Source of the DNA: Hellea sp. | GTDB lineage: Bacteria > Pseudomonadota > Alphaproteobacteria > Caulobacterales > Maricaulaceae | DNA length: 64,000 nucleotides | Assembly: GCA_020629545.1 (NCBI GenBank) | Contig: JAHDDC010000005.1 | Location: 3,661 to 67,660 of the forward strand | Direction: 5' to 3' | Shown here: piece by piece, positions 27,846 to 37,135 of the stretch | Layout: the number at the start of each line of letters is the position of its first letter | Numbering within the stretch: the first letter of the stretch is position 1 | The notes under the pieces: model-generated | Database searches by the model: none | The model's input: the letters and a program-made list of their open reading frames with translations, nothing else | What the model was told of the DNA's origin: nothing | Translations under genes and position numbers: made by a program

Positions 27846-28723
27846 TACTCTTCTCCTAAACTAAAAACACGCATAGCGTTTTCCCGAAGGAATTTGGGCC
27901 AAACGTCAGCTTTGAAAGGGACATCATCCATATCTTTAAAAATGCGGTCGAGGCTAAGACCCATGGGGAAATATCCCGCATAAATAATCTTATCTGATCC
28001 CCGGCTATTCGCATAATCTATGATGGATTTGGGATAATGTTTAGGCGCGAAAGCCGAGGTCGAGTAATAAAGATTTGGATACTTTAGCATCAGTTTAACC
28101 GCTAGATCTTCCCAAGGCTCTGCGCCATGACGCATAACGACTTTAAGATCTGGAAAGAACCAACAAACCTCGTCCAAATGCTCGACCTTTTGTGTGTGCA
28201 TTGGAATTCGCGGGCCCGGCACACCAACATTGAGGCAAATCGGAATATCAAGCTCTATGCAACACGCATAAAGCGGATACATACGGGCATCATTAATAGC
28301 GACCTGAGGAACCGTACCAGCTGGGAAAACACTTACCGACTTAATCCCATATTCTGCATGTAGCCTTTTAACTCGTCGAACCTCTTCCATTCCGTTACCA
28401 GGATTACACGGCAAATCAAAAAAGAAACGGTCTCCAAAGTCTTTGGCAGCGCGCTCCGAAGTCGGGTCCTCGTTAAACCCGACCATTGCCTTATGGATAT
28501 TATGCTTATCCATTTGTTCAACTGTCCATTTAACAAAGTCTGATACGTCAGCTGTGTTTTCAGGAATATCTTTAAACATATACTGCGCGGGCATCTTAAA
28601 CATGTCGCGACTTTGCTGATCATTTAGCAAAGGTTTGAAACTATTATACCAACCAGAACGATCAGCATGAGTGGGAATTCCCATCATGCAATCAATAATC
28701 CCTACGTCTTTTGGATAGCTCAC
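27845..28723 (-). CDS. Amidohydrolase_2 (TIM-barrel, ACMSD/LigW-like) family protein with atypical metal-ligand positions
   Basis: The N-terminus GIIDCMMGIP sits where the family usually has ID.H.H. A conserved HGAEPW is present. The GTG start overlaps the upstream stop (GTGA). Confidence 0.6.
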   Translation of the reverse strand: MSYPKDVGIIDCMMGIPTHADRSGWYNSFKPLLNDQQSRDMFKMPAQYMFKDIPENTADVSDFVKWTVEQMDKHNIHKAMVGFNEDPTSERAAKDFGDRFFFDLPCNPGNGMEEVRRVKRLHAEYGIKSVSVFPAGTVPQVAINDARMYPLYACCIELDIPICLNVGVPGPRIPMHTQKVEHLDEVCWFFPDLKVVMRHGAEPWEDLAVKLMLKYPNLYYSTSAFAPKHYPKSIIDYANSRGSDKIIYAGYFPMGLSLDRIFKDMDDVPFKADVWPKFLRENAMRVFSLGEE

Positions 28724-30363
28724 CTTGAGATTCCCTGTGCTTTCAAATACATATCTCGAACCTTTTTCTTCTCGACCTTGCCCATCGCATTGAGCCCAAA
28801 TGGTTCGGTCAGGATCATGAAGTCAGTTGGCACTTTATAAGATGCCATGTTTTCGTTTGAAAATGCGGTGAGTTCACCTTCATCTACAGGGCTTGATATT
28901 TCCACAGCTGCTACTAGGCGTTCCCCCATTCGCTCATCATCTACCCCAAATGTCGTTACAGTCTTAATCGCGGGATGTGTTCCCAAAATTTGCTCAACCT
29001 CAGCACAGTAAATGTTTTCGCCGCCTGAGATCACCATATCTGTCTTGCGGTCAACAATGTATATGTAACCTTGCTTATCGACCTTACCGATATCACCGGT
29101 TTTGTACCAACCGTCCGAGAAGGACTTCTGGGTATCTTCAGGGCGGCCATAATAGCCGTTCATGAGTGTTGCACCTTTTGCCCAAATCTCGCCAATTTCG
29201 CCCGTTGCAACTGAGCTACCATGATCATCAACTATCTTCACATCTGTCATTGGCAAAATGATACCGGAGGCCTTCGGATTGACTAAAAATGCTTCTCCAT
29301 TGGCTTGAGATATTGCGCCGCTCATTTCGGTCATCCCGTACCCAGCCCCAATAAAAACTTTCGGGAAAAGGCGCCTCATTTCAGACAGCAAATTTAATGG
29401 GAGCGCGGTGCCTCCGCATGATAAAGCCATCAAGCTTGATAAATCGCGGCTCTCAATACCGGGTGACCCGAACATATCCCAATACATAGCAGGAACCCCA
29501 CCAAATGTAGATACTCGTTCCTTTTCAATTAGTTCCAATGCTTTGCTGCCATCCCAATTTCCCATAAGCACGAGTTTTCCGCCCATGGAAAGTGTTGTCA
29601 GAAATACTGCACTGCACCCTGACGTATGAAATAGCGGAAAGGCCAGAAGCGAACAACTTTGCGGCATTTGTTTGCGTAGCGTTTCTACATCTATGCCATA
29701 TCCTGCGGCCATTTTTTGAAACACTGCAGCCATTGCCATTTGCGTATTCATCATTCCATGGATCAAAGCCCTGTGAGATAGTTCAGCCGCTTTCGCTGTA
29801 CCGGTAGTTCCGCTTGTAAACATCATCGCAGCGGCGTCTTCTGAGTGACGCGCCGGGCCTTCATAAGACATAGCCTTGGTTGGTAGTTCAGAAGCTTTCA
29901 ATATCGGAGTTTCACAACCTGAATCTGTTAGTTTTACAGCGCGTTTTTCATCCGCCAAAATGATCACGCAATCCGTATCTTCAATCGCCCTCGACATTGC
30001 TTGACCAGACCCACGGCTATTAACCAAAACCGCAACGCCCCCAGCTAGGATTATCCCAACAAAACCGATCATCCATTCCGGTGAGTTTTGCATACAAATG
30101 CCAATTGACGATCCAGGCGCAATATCACAGTCGTGGATTAAGTGCGCAGCCAGGGCATCAGCTCTTTCAAAAAAAGCCTGATAGGTTAGGCGCTCATCAC
30201 CTGAGACAATAAATTCATCATCAGCAAAAGCCCTTGCACGATTGAGAACATCCGCCATGTTCTGAGCCGCGTGCTTAAATACTCGTATGTTACCTTGCTT
30301 CACGACTTCAAAAGGCGCGCCTGGTGACATCAAAGCTGATATTATAGGATCGTTCATCGCCAT
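28720..30363 (-). CDS. AMP-dependent acyl-CoA synthetase
   Basis: It has FTSGTTGTAKA, YGMTE and a C-terminal GKV. The ATG overlaps the MFS stop (TGATG). Confidence 0.85.
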   Translation of the reverse strand: MAMNDPIISALMSPGAPFEVVKQGNIRVFKHAAQNMADVLNRARAFADDEFIVSGDERLTYQAFFERADALAAHLIHDCDIAPGSSIGICMQNSPEWMIGFVGIILAGGVAVLVNSRGSGQAMSRAIEDTDCVIILADEKRAVKLTDSGCETPILKASELPTKAMSYEGPARHSEDAAAMMFTSGTTGTAKAAELSHRALIHGMMNTQMAMAAVFQKMAAGYGIDVETLRKQMPQSCSLLAFPLFHTSGCSAVFLTTLSMGGKLVLMGNWDGSKALELIEKERVSTFGGVPAMYWDMFGSPGIESRDLSSLMALSCGGTALPLNLLSEMRRLFPKVFIGAGYGMTEMSGAISQANGEAFLVNPKASGIILPMTDVKIVDDHGSSVATGEIGEIWAKGATLMNGYYGRPEDTQKSFSDGWYKTGDIGKVDKQGYIYIVDRKTDMVISGGENIYCAEVEQILGTHPAIKTVTTFGVDDERMGERLVAAVEISSPVDEGELTAFSNENMASYKVPTDFMILTEPFGLNAMGKVEKKKVRDMYLKAQGISR

Positions 30364-31661
30364 CAGATGGGACCAGCCTTTAGGATTAAGCGATCTTCAT
30401 CCGCCGACTTTCCTGCTTTATTGATAAAATATGCCGCCGGAATACCTGCGAGCAATGTCAACGCCATGGAATAGCGGATAGACTGCCCGCCATATTGCGC
30501 ATTCAAAAAGTCATTAATTGCCCCTACGACCTGCACACCCAATACGAGGCCTGAGAAAGTCAATGCGAAGGCCCAAATTGACGTAGCGGTTGCGCGTAGC
30601 TCTGCCGGTAATACATCTTGGAGAGCCGCTTGAACCGCGACGACCCACCCGGCACCCAATAGGCTGGCGGGATAAACCAATGCCGTAGCATGCGCTACGT
30701 CTTTAACAAAACACATCGCAATTGAAATCAGTGTAAATCCGAAAAGACCATAAGCTGAAAATTTATAAGGCGCTCGTACATCTTTTTTGGAATACTGGTC
30801 ACATAAAAATCCCATCAGTAATACGCCAGCCATACCGGCCAAGAAAGCGGCGCCTCCATACCTAGCCCCGGCAGATTGATTGGAAATCTCGAATATGCGT
30901 TCAAACAAAGCGATCGCCCAAGTCCCAAAAGCAATGGTTGAAAATCCTCCGAGGAATGCCGCAATCGTCAAATATTTAAATGTTGGTCGGCTCCACAGAG
31001 CTTTGAAAGTTTCACCCAATGGGGCCGTTGATTTATGCGGTGTAGTATCACCGTCAAGGCGCCCTCGCTCTGGCTCCCGAACGATCATCAATGTCAGCAG
31101 GGCAAGCACGATACCGGGTGCACCGAGCCAAAGAAAGGTTGACTGCCAATCATAAGATGCAGCGAGGCTTGTTCCGCCTATATTGCCAAATGCCCCGCCT
31201 AAATATACGCCAAGGTTCATAATCGCAAAAGCCAATGCGCGCTTTTTAGGCGGGAAATAATCCGATAAAAGCGAATAAGCGGGAGCCAAGAATGCCGCCT
31301 CCCCTATACCGACCCCAAACCGCGATATAGCAAAAATCTCCGGCGTTCTGGCCAAACCCGACAGCATTGTAAATAAACTCCAGACAAGACACCCCGCGGC
31401 AATGATATGAACTCTATTTTTACGATCAGCCAAACGCGCTATCGGAATTGCGGCTAGGCAATAAATGAAAGCAAAAGCTGGGCCGATAACAAAACCCATA
31501 TAGGTGTCCGAGACCTGATAGCTCTCCTTGATTTTTTCTAGCAGTGCATTTGCCAAAGTTCGATCAGCGTAATTAATGAAGTATAGCAAGACCATCATGC
31601 CCAGAACAATCCATGCGTAACCACGTCGTCTTGTCATCTGAATGTGTTGCGAGTCTTCCAT
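30363..31661 (-). CDS. MFS transporter
   Basis: The 432-aa protein has 12-helix-type hydrophobicity. The start is ATG 31661. No SD is visible, and the operator arm ends 1 nt upstream. Confidence 0.8.
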   Translation of the reverse strand: MEDSQHIQMTRRRGYAWIVLGMMVLLYFINYADRTLANALLEKIKESYQVSDTYMGFVIGPAFAFIYCLAAIPIARLADRKNRVHIIAAGCLVWSLFTMLSGLARTPEIFAISRFGVGIGEAAFLAPAYSLLSDYFPPKKRALAFAIMNLGVYLGGAFGNIGGTSLAASYDWQSTFLWLGAPGIVLALLTLMIVREPERGRLDGDTTPHKSTAPLGETFKALWSRPTFKYLTIAAFLGGFSTIAFGTWAIALFERIFEISNQSAGARYGGAAFLAGMAGVLLMGFLCDQYSKKDVRAPYKFSAYGLFGFTLISIAMCFVKDVAHATALVYPASLLGAGWVVAVQAALQDVLPAELRATATSIWAFALTFSGLVLGVQVVGAINDFLNAQYGGQSIRYSMALTLLAGIPAAYFINKAGKSADEDRLILKAGPI

Positions 31662-31662
31662 C

Positions 31663-31692
31663 TGCGTAGTTTTAGCAGGCTTTAACTACGCA
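31663..31692. promoter_or_regulatory. TGCGTAGTT-N12-AACTACGCA inverted repeat (site D; 6-bp cores spaced by 18), MFS/OYE divergent region
   Basis: It has perfect 9-bp arms. The left arm ends 1 nt from the MFS ATG (31661). Confidence 0.7.
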
Positions 31693-31745
31693 TTTAAAGG
31701 ACTTTTCAGACATAAATATCAATTTCCATCAATATTTTTCCATAT

Positions 31746-31756
31746 TTTTGCGCAAA
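31746..31756. promoter_or_regulatory. TTTTGCGCAAA near-palindrome upstream of the OYE gene
   Basis: It lies 42 nt upstream of ATG 31798. The core TTTGCGCAAA is a perfect 10-bp palindrome. Confidence 0.4.
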
Positions 31757-31797
31757 CCCCATAGCAGCCTTACCTGCATTCTGCTAAATCTGACTTT

Positions 31798-33033
31798 ATG
31801 AACACTACATCCAAAGCCTTTCGCCCACTCACCATCGGACCACTGAAACTCCGAAACCGGTTTATCAAAGCTGCCACAAATGAAGGGATGTGCAAAAATG
31901 GAGTGATCTCTAAAGGTCTAGCCCGGTTTCATGAAAACATTGCCAAAGGCGGCGCAGCCATGTCAACCGTCGCTTATTGCGCAACATCTAAAGACGGTCA
32001 GACCTTTGTTGACCAAGCTCATTTATCTTCAGATACCATTGCTGACTTCAAAGTTTTGACAGATGGGGTCCATAAACACGGCGCCGCCGCACAAGCTCAG
32101 ATAACACATGCAGGCTCGTTCACCTTTTTGCCTAAAGACTTTTCGACTGCAAAACCCATTTCAGCTATGGGCGGTTTCAATAAATTCGGAGTTATGACCG
32201 GACGCTATACGAAAAAGAAAATGGACCGGGCGGATATGGATGACGTCGCGGATCAATTTGTGCGCGCCGCTCTCCATGCCAAAGAAGCGGGATTTGACGC
32301 TGTCGAAATTCATATGGGTCACGGCTATTTACTCGCGCAATTCATCACACCTTTTTACAATACTCGAAAAGACGAATATGGCGGATCAATTGAAAACCGG
32401 ATGAGGTTCCCGGCAGAAGTCCTGTCAAAAGTTCTAGATGCTGTCGGAAAGGATATGGCCGTTACAGTAAAATATAGTCAAACAGACGGTAAGGCCGGCG
32501 GGAACACGATTACTGAAGGCATTGAAATTGCAAAGATTCTTGAAAAGACTGGGGCGCATATGGCGCAACTATCCAACGGTCTAAATGTTGAGTCGATATC
32601 AGCAATGTTTGGCAACCCCCTGCCTGCCACATCAGCCCCGCCTAAGAATTTGATCGTTCGTCTTGGCATGTTAATGCAGAAAAAAAGTAAAGAACCGGAT
32701 CGCGAATTCAGTCAACTTTATTCTATGGAGCCAGCTCAAAAAATCCGCGCCGCTGTCAATATGCCTCTCTGCTATCTGGGAGGCGTTCAATCGATGGAAA
32801 ACATCGAAGATGTAATGCATAATGGATTTGACGCGTTGGGCCTAGGGCGGGCTCTAATATTTGATCCAAATCTAATCAATGATCTGCAAAGCGGCGCGCA
32901 ATCTGAAACAGCCTGCACAGCTTGTAATCAATGCGTTTTACTAATGTACACGCCCGGAGGTACGGCCTGTGTTGATCCGAATGGCATGCGGGGGCACGCC
33001 AGCAATCTGAATACCCAGCGTGCCTCAAGCTAG
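31798..33033 (+). CDS. Old-yellow-enzyme-family FMN oxidoreductase with C-terminal 4Fe-4S motif (FadH/BaiCD N-terminal-half-like), short form
   Basis: It has OYE TIM-barrel motifs (RFIKAATNEGM, EIHMGHGYLLAQF) and C-x2-C-x2-C-x11-C (CTACNQC...C) near the C-terminus. There is no FAD/NAD(P)H domain. Confidence 0.75.
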   Translation: MNTTSKAFRPLTIGPLKLRNRFIKAATNEGMCKNGVISKGLARFHENIAKGGAAMSTVAYCATSKDGQTFVDQAHLSSDTIADFKVLTDGVHKHGAAAQAQITHAGSFTFLPKDFSTAKPISAMGGFNKFGVMTGRYTKKKMDRADMDDVADQFVRAALHAKEAGFDAVEIHMGHGYLLAQFITPFYNTRKDEYGGSIENRMRFPAEVLSKVLDAVGKDMAVTVKYSQTDGKAGGNTITEGIEIAKILEKTGAHMAQLSNGLNVESISAMFGNPLPATSAPPKNLIVRLGMLMQKKSKEPDREFSQLYSMEPAQKIRAAVNMPLCYLGGVQSMENIEDVMHNGFDALGLGRALIFDPNLINDLQSGAQSETACTACNQCVLLMYTPGGTACVDPNGMRGHASNLNTQRASS

Positions 33034-33090
33034 AACATTCAATCGTGTTATATCAGGCTGTCCAACCAGAATAGAAATATAGGACGGCAT

Positions 33091-35151
33091 ATGCGCAGAT
33101 TTATTTTGGTTTTTGCGGTTTTAATAGCAACCCTGGCAGGCCTTTACGCTGGTTTGTCACAAATAACCCATCATTCTATCGATAAGTCTTATGAACTCTT
33201 ACCGCTTTCGTCGGAAAAATCCGAACCAGAGATCTATGATTATGGCTATCAGCCAGAACTGATCTATACCGAAACGCGCGCGCCCTGCCTCGAACAATAT
33301 TCGACCAAGAAAGCCATGTGGGGTGACCTGCACATTCATACGGCTTTATCCGCTGACGCATTTCCGGACGGAACACGAACCTACCCAAAAGACGTCTACA
33401 ATTTTGCCAAAGGCAATGAAATTCCAATCCCAACCTCAGAAGGAATGCCTCAGCGAATGCTTCGTCTTGATCGTCCGCTTGATTTCGCAGCTGTAACTGA
33501 TCACGCAGAGACTTTCGGTGAAGGTTATATCTGCCGCACGCCAGGCGCGTTCCAAGGCTTTAACAGCAAATCTTGTCAAATATTCCGGGCCGGAGGCGAA
33601 AGCGGTGTCAGTGAACTCATGCGGATGAATTCACTGGTTTCGCCTAAACGCAAGACTAGTGTGTGCGGAGAAAATAATGTGGACTGCAAAGCTGCGGAAG
33701 CGCTTGTTTGGAAGCAAGTGATTGACGCGGCCGAAAATGCCTATGATAGATCTGCGGATTGCGAGTTCACTAGCTTTATTGGGTATGAATATACCCGGGC
33801 GCCCAATGCCCAGCATATGCACCGTAATACCATATTCAGAAACGCCGATGTTCCCGAAACCCCGTTCCATCATGTTACTCACCCCCTGTCCCATCTATTA
33901 CTGGGTGCATTTGAAAAAGAATGTAGGGTCGGCCTTGAAAAATGCGACGTTATTTCCATTCCTCATAACTCTAATATTTCCGGAGGCAATGCTTTTAACC
34001 CTGATGATATCAAAGGGTTTTCGATGGAAACCCAGATGAACTATCGCGCCCATCGAAATGCCTTTGATAGATTAGCCGAGATTGTCCAGCACAAAGGCGC
34101 ATCTGAATGTATCAATGGAGCCACTGATATACTCGGTGATATAGACGAGCTTTGTGATATAGAAGCGCTCAGGCAGTTTGGAAAAATCGAACAGGCTGTT
34201 GACACAACAACAAAGTTGCCAGCCATTTTTAAGTCAACTAGCCCGGAATGTGCGGATGAACATTTAGACGCTAAAGACAATATTTATAAGGGTTTTTGCT
34301 TGTCTTCCCGCGACTTTGCTCGGGGCGCATTGTTGGAAGGCATGAGTCAAGAAAAGCTGGGTCAAGTCAATCCTTTTGAATTTGGTTTTATCGGTAGCAC
34401 TGACACACATATCTCCGTATCGGGCTATGTAGAAGAAGATGGTTGGGAGGGCCATATCGCTTATGAAGCTGACCTTGATGGCCGGTTAGGTACGGCAAGT
34501 CTTGGACGCTTCAACCGACTAGTTAGTAACCCAGGCGGTCTGGCTGGTGTTTATGCCATCGAAAACTCCCGAGATGCCATTTTTCAAAGCATGAAACGCC
34601 GGGAAGCCTTTGCGACATCTGGGCCGAGAATAGAACCGCGTTTCTTTGCGGGGCAATTTGATGAAAATATATGTGACCAAGCCAATTGGCTAGAATCCGC
34701 TTATGCTTTTGGCACGCCCATGGGCTCTAAACTTCCAGCCGAAAAAGGTCGGGTGCAGCTTCTGGCTCAGGCTAGTGCTGATCCGGGGTCCCGCACTCTT
34801 GAGAAACTTCAAATCATAAAGGGTTGGCTTGGTGCCGAAGGACATAAACACTCAAAGGTCATAGACGTCGCAAAGTCTGATGGGAGTGATAGTTTGTGCA
34901 CTGTCTACGAGGACCCTGATTATGATCCTAATTTGCCGACCTATTACTACCTTCGTGCGGTCGAACCTGAGCGCCCTAGATGGAGCGCTGCACAATGCGC
35001 AGCTGTCCCTGCCGATAAACGGCCGGAAGGGTGTACAAATGATATGCCGGAGACCATCCGCGAAATGGCTTGGAGCTCACCAATTTGGTTCACTCCGGGC
35101 CTTATGCCAGCCTTACAGACAGAGTCAGAGGGGCATGGGCATCAAGAGTAA
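33091..35151 (+). CDS. Exported/anchored DUF3604-family protein (PHP-like motifs), paralog of 24055-25959
   Basis: It has an N-terminal hydrophobic anchor. Motifs are GDLHIHT, AVTDHAE, IPHNSN, GSTDTH and ATSGPR, collinear with the paralog. Confidence 0.7.
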   Translation: MRRFILVFAVLIATLAGLYAGLSQITHHSIDKSYELLPLSSEKSEPEIYDYGYQPELIYTETRAPCLEQYSTKKAMWGDLHIHTALSADAFPDGTRTYPKDVYNFAKGNEIPIPTSEGMPQRMLRLDRPLDFAAVTDHAETFGEGYICRTPGAFQGFNSKSCQIFRAGGESGVSELMRMNSLVSPKRKTSVCGENNVDCKAAEALVWKQVIDAAENAYDRSADCEFTSFIGYEYTRAPNAQHMHRNTIFRNADVPETPFHHVTHPLSHLLLGAFEKECRVGLEKCDVISIPHNSNISGGNAFNPDDIKGFSMETQMNYRAHRNAFDRLAEIVQHKGASECINGATDILGDIDELCDIEALRQFGKIEQAVDTTTKLPAIFKSTSPECADEHLDAKDNIYKGFCLSSRDFARGALLEGMSQEKLGQVNPFEFGFIGSTDTHISVSGYVEEDGWEGHIAYEADLDGRLGTASLGRFNRLVSNPGGLAGVYAIENSRDAIFQSMKRREAFATSGPRIEPRFFAGQFDENICDQANWLESAYAFGTPMGSKLPAEKGRVQLLAQASADPGSRTLEKLQIIKGWLGAEGHKHSKVIDVAKSDGSDSLCTVYEDPDYDPNLPTYYYLRAVEPERPRWSAAQCAAVPADKRPEGCTNDMPETIREMAWSSPIWFTPGLMPALQTESEGHGHQE

Positions 35152-35235
35152 TACGTCAAATTGCTCAATTACCGTCTTGAAATATCAGTGATGTGAAATT
35201 AGGAAGCTCCAAAACTAGTCTTTGAGAGCGACGAA

Positions 35236-35829
35236 GTGAAATTTGACAATCCGCATATGAGCGAGCAATCGCCGCGTATGGGAAATGGGTTAACCCGTGC
35301 ATTCGGATCACTAGGCCTGAAGCTTACGGGTTGGGAGCTAATCGGGCGCATGCCTGATGTGCCAAAATTCGTCATAATTGGTGTGCCGCACACATCCAAT
35401 TGGGACGCAATTTCTGCATCGCTAGCTATGCTTGCAAGCGGATTCAAATACACATTTCTGATTAAAAAGGAATGGTTCTTCTGGCCCATGGGACCGATTT
35501 TCCGCGCGCTCGGAGGATACCCGGTTGATCGTAGTAAAGGCAAAAATGTTGTCGAGCAACTCGTCGCTTATTTTGACTCAGAAGAAAAAGTCTGCGTTGG
35601 TTTCCCGCCAGAAGGCACACGTTCAAAAGTAGACAAATATAAAACCGGTTATCTACGCGCTGCTTATGCCGCCAATGTTCCCGTATTTATCTGTGCCTTT
35701 GACGGGCCCAATAAGAAAGTTGTATTGGATCGCCTCTTTCCGCTGACAGGAGACTTGGAAACCGATAACGCTGCTATCAAAAAATATGTCGACGAAACCT
35801 GGTCCGGTGTCAGACCAGAACGTCAATAA
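35236..35829 (+). CDS. PlsC-type acyltransferase (lysophospholipid acyltransferase family)
   Basis: It has the HX4D motif (HTSNWD) and a PEGTRS block. The start is uncertain: GTG 35236, ATG 35257 or ATG 35278. Confidence 0.65.
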   Translation: MKFDNPHMSEQSPRMGNGLTRAFGSLGLKLTGWELIGRMPDVPKFVIIGVPHTSNWDAISASLAMLASGFKYTFLIKKEWFFWPMGPIFRALGGYPVDRSKGKNVVEQLVAYFDSEEKVCVGFPPEGTRSKVDKYKTGYLRAAYAANVPVFICAFDGPNKKVVLDRLFPLTGDLETDNAAIKKYVDETWSGVRPERQ

Positions 35830-35924
35830 GTGTTTTCCATCTAATATTCGTTTCTGGGCTGAAAACGCGACTTTGTCAGCGTGGAAAACATTCATTAATC
35901 AACAGAATTATGGAAGTTTCCATT

Positions 35925-36755
35925 TCATAATTTGCCTCCTGAATCTTTCAAATGTTTCTCGGCTATTTTTTTTCCGGCAAGATTGCCAAGCCAAGGGAAA
36001 AAGCGTGAGATGTAATCGAATATATAAGCGTCACGACCTATACGAACCTTTTTCTTATTTTTCTTGATGGCGCCCACAATTTTACGAACGGCGACATCTC
36101 GATCTGTTCCCATTTTCATGGCTAATTCGTAGTTTTTGCGGGCAGCTTCGACATCATCACTGTTCTCAATAGTCGCCAGAATCATGTCTGTGCGAATTGC
36201 CCCAGGATGTACATGAGATACGCCAATTCCTACCGCGCCCCATTCACCCCATAAGGCTTCTGATAACTTTTCAACTGCGGCTTTGGTCAGGCAATATGAA
36301 CTTTGCGCGGGAAGTCCGATAAAGGCTGTCATAGATGACATATTGACAACGTGGGCTCGATCAGCGGCTCGCAAATGTTCATCAAAGAAATGCAGTCCAT
36401 AAAGCACTCCCCAGAGATTAATCCCTATGATTTTGTCCCAATCCTCCATGGTATGAGTAGAAAAATTCTTTTGAAGCGTAATACCTGCATTGTTCATCAA
36501 GATATTGACCTTGCCATGAGCGGCTATAACATCAGCCGCCAGCTTTTTCATCGCGTCACGATTGGTAACATCCGCGACATGTAGCGAGACTTTCTGATCT
36601 GTCTCGAAGCTTGCCGCAAGTTTATCCAGCGAGTCTTGTGAAATATCGACAAGCGCAAGCGCACACCCCTCTTCCGCGAGAGCTTTGGCCACGCCAGATC
36701 CTATTCCGCCGCCCGCGCCCGTAATCACGGCAACATCCCCTGCCTCAATCCTCAT
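35925..36755 (-). CDS. Short-chain dehydrogenase/reductase with extended C-terminus
   Basis: It has TGAGGGIGSG and YCLTKAA. Confidence 0.85.
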   Translation of the reverse strand: MRIEAGDVAVITGAGGGIGSGVAKALAEEGCALALVDISQDSLDKLAASFETDQKVSLHVADVTNRDAMKKLAADVIAAHGKVNILMNNAGITLQKNFSTHTMEDWDKIIGINLWGVLYGLHFFDEHLRAADRAHVVNMSSMTAFIGLPAQSSYCLTKAAVEKLSEALWGEWGAVGIGVSHVHPGAIRTDMILATIENSDDVEAARKNYELAMKMGTDRDVAVRKIVGAIKKNKKKVRIGRDAYIFDYISRFFPWLGNLAGKKIAEKHLKDSGGKL

Positions 36756-36757
36756 GA

Positions 36758-37135
36758 TTATTTCCTTCCTATACGGGGTTTAAGTCCCATATCTGTATGG
36801 TAAAAGCTTTCATGGGTTTTCAGACCCCAACCAATCATACGATCAAACGCAATATGAGCGCCCCAAATAAGCGCAACGGCCTTGAAAACTGAATTGCCTG
36901 TTTGCATCCAAATAGTTGCGAGTAATATTGGCCACAAGAACCAGTGAGTCATATTATACATGATACCGCCAAGACGCGGGCTCTTCAGATACCCAATAGC
37001 GCCTGCATCAGGCAATAAGAACAAGATCAAAAAGAAAAGCCAGCTGTGCCCGCCCAAATAATACAGCCATAGACAAACTAAGAGTATAGCCAATGCTTCC
37101 ACTCGGCGATGCACGACAGGATTATTAGGCAACAT
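36758..37135 (-). CDS. Small integral membrane protein (DUF4260-like)
   Basis: It has four hydrophobic helices. I set the start to ATG 37135 (MLPNNPVVHRR), which overlaps the end of the upstream OYE gene by 11 nt. Confidence 0.55.
   Translation of the reverse strand: MLPNNPVVHRRVEALAILLVCLWLYYLGGHSWLFFLILFLLPDAGAIGYLKSPRLGGIMYNMTHWFLWPILLATIWMQTGNSVFKAVALIWGAHIAFDRMIGWGLKTHESFYHTDMGLKPRIGRK

Noticed and set aside
35832-35889. Nested inverted repeats (GTTTTCCA...TGGAAAAC, and inside them GCTGA...TCAGC) lie between the convergent acyltransferase and SDR genes and could be a bidirectional terminator.
   Set aside because: The stems are short and AT-rich, the outer loop is about 42 nt, and there are no flanking T-tracts. 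This is not convincing as an intrinsic terminator.
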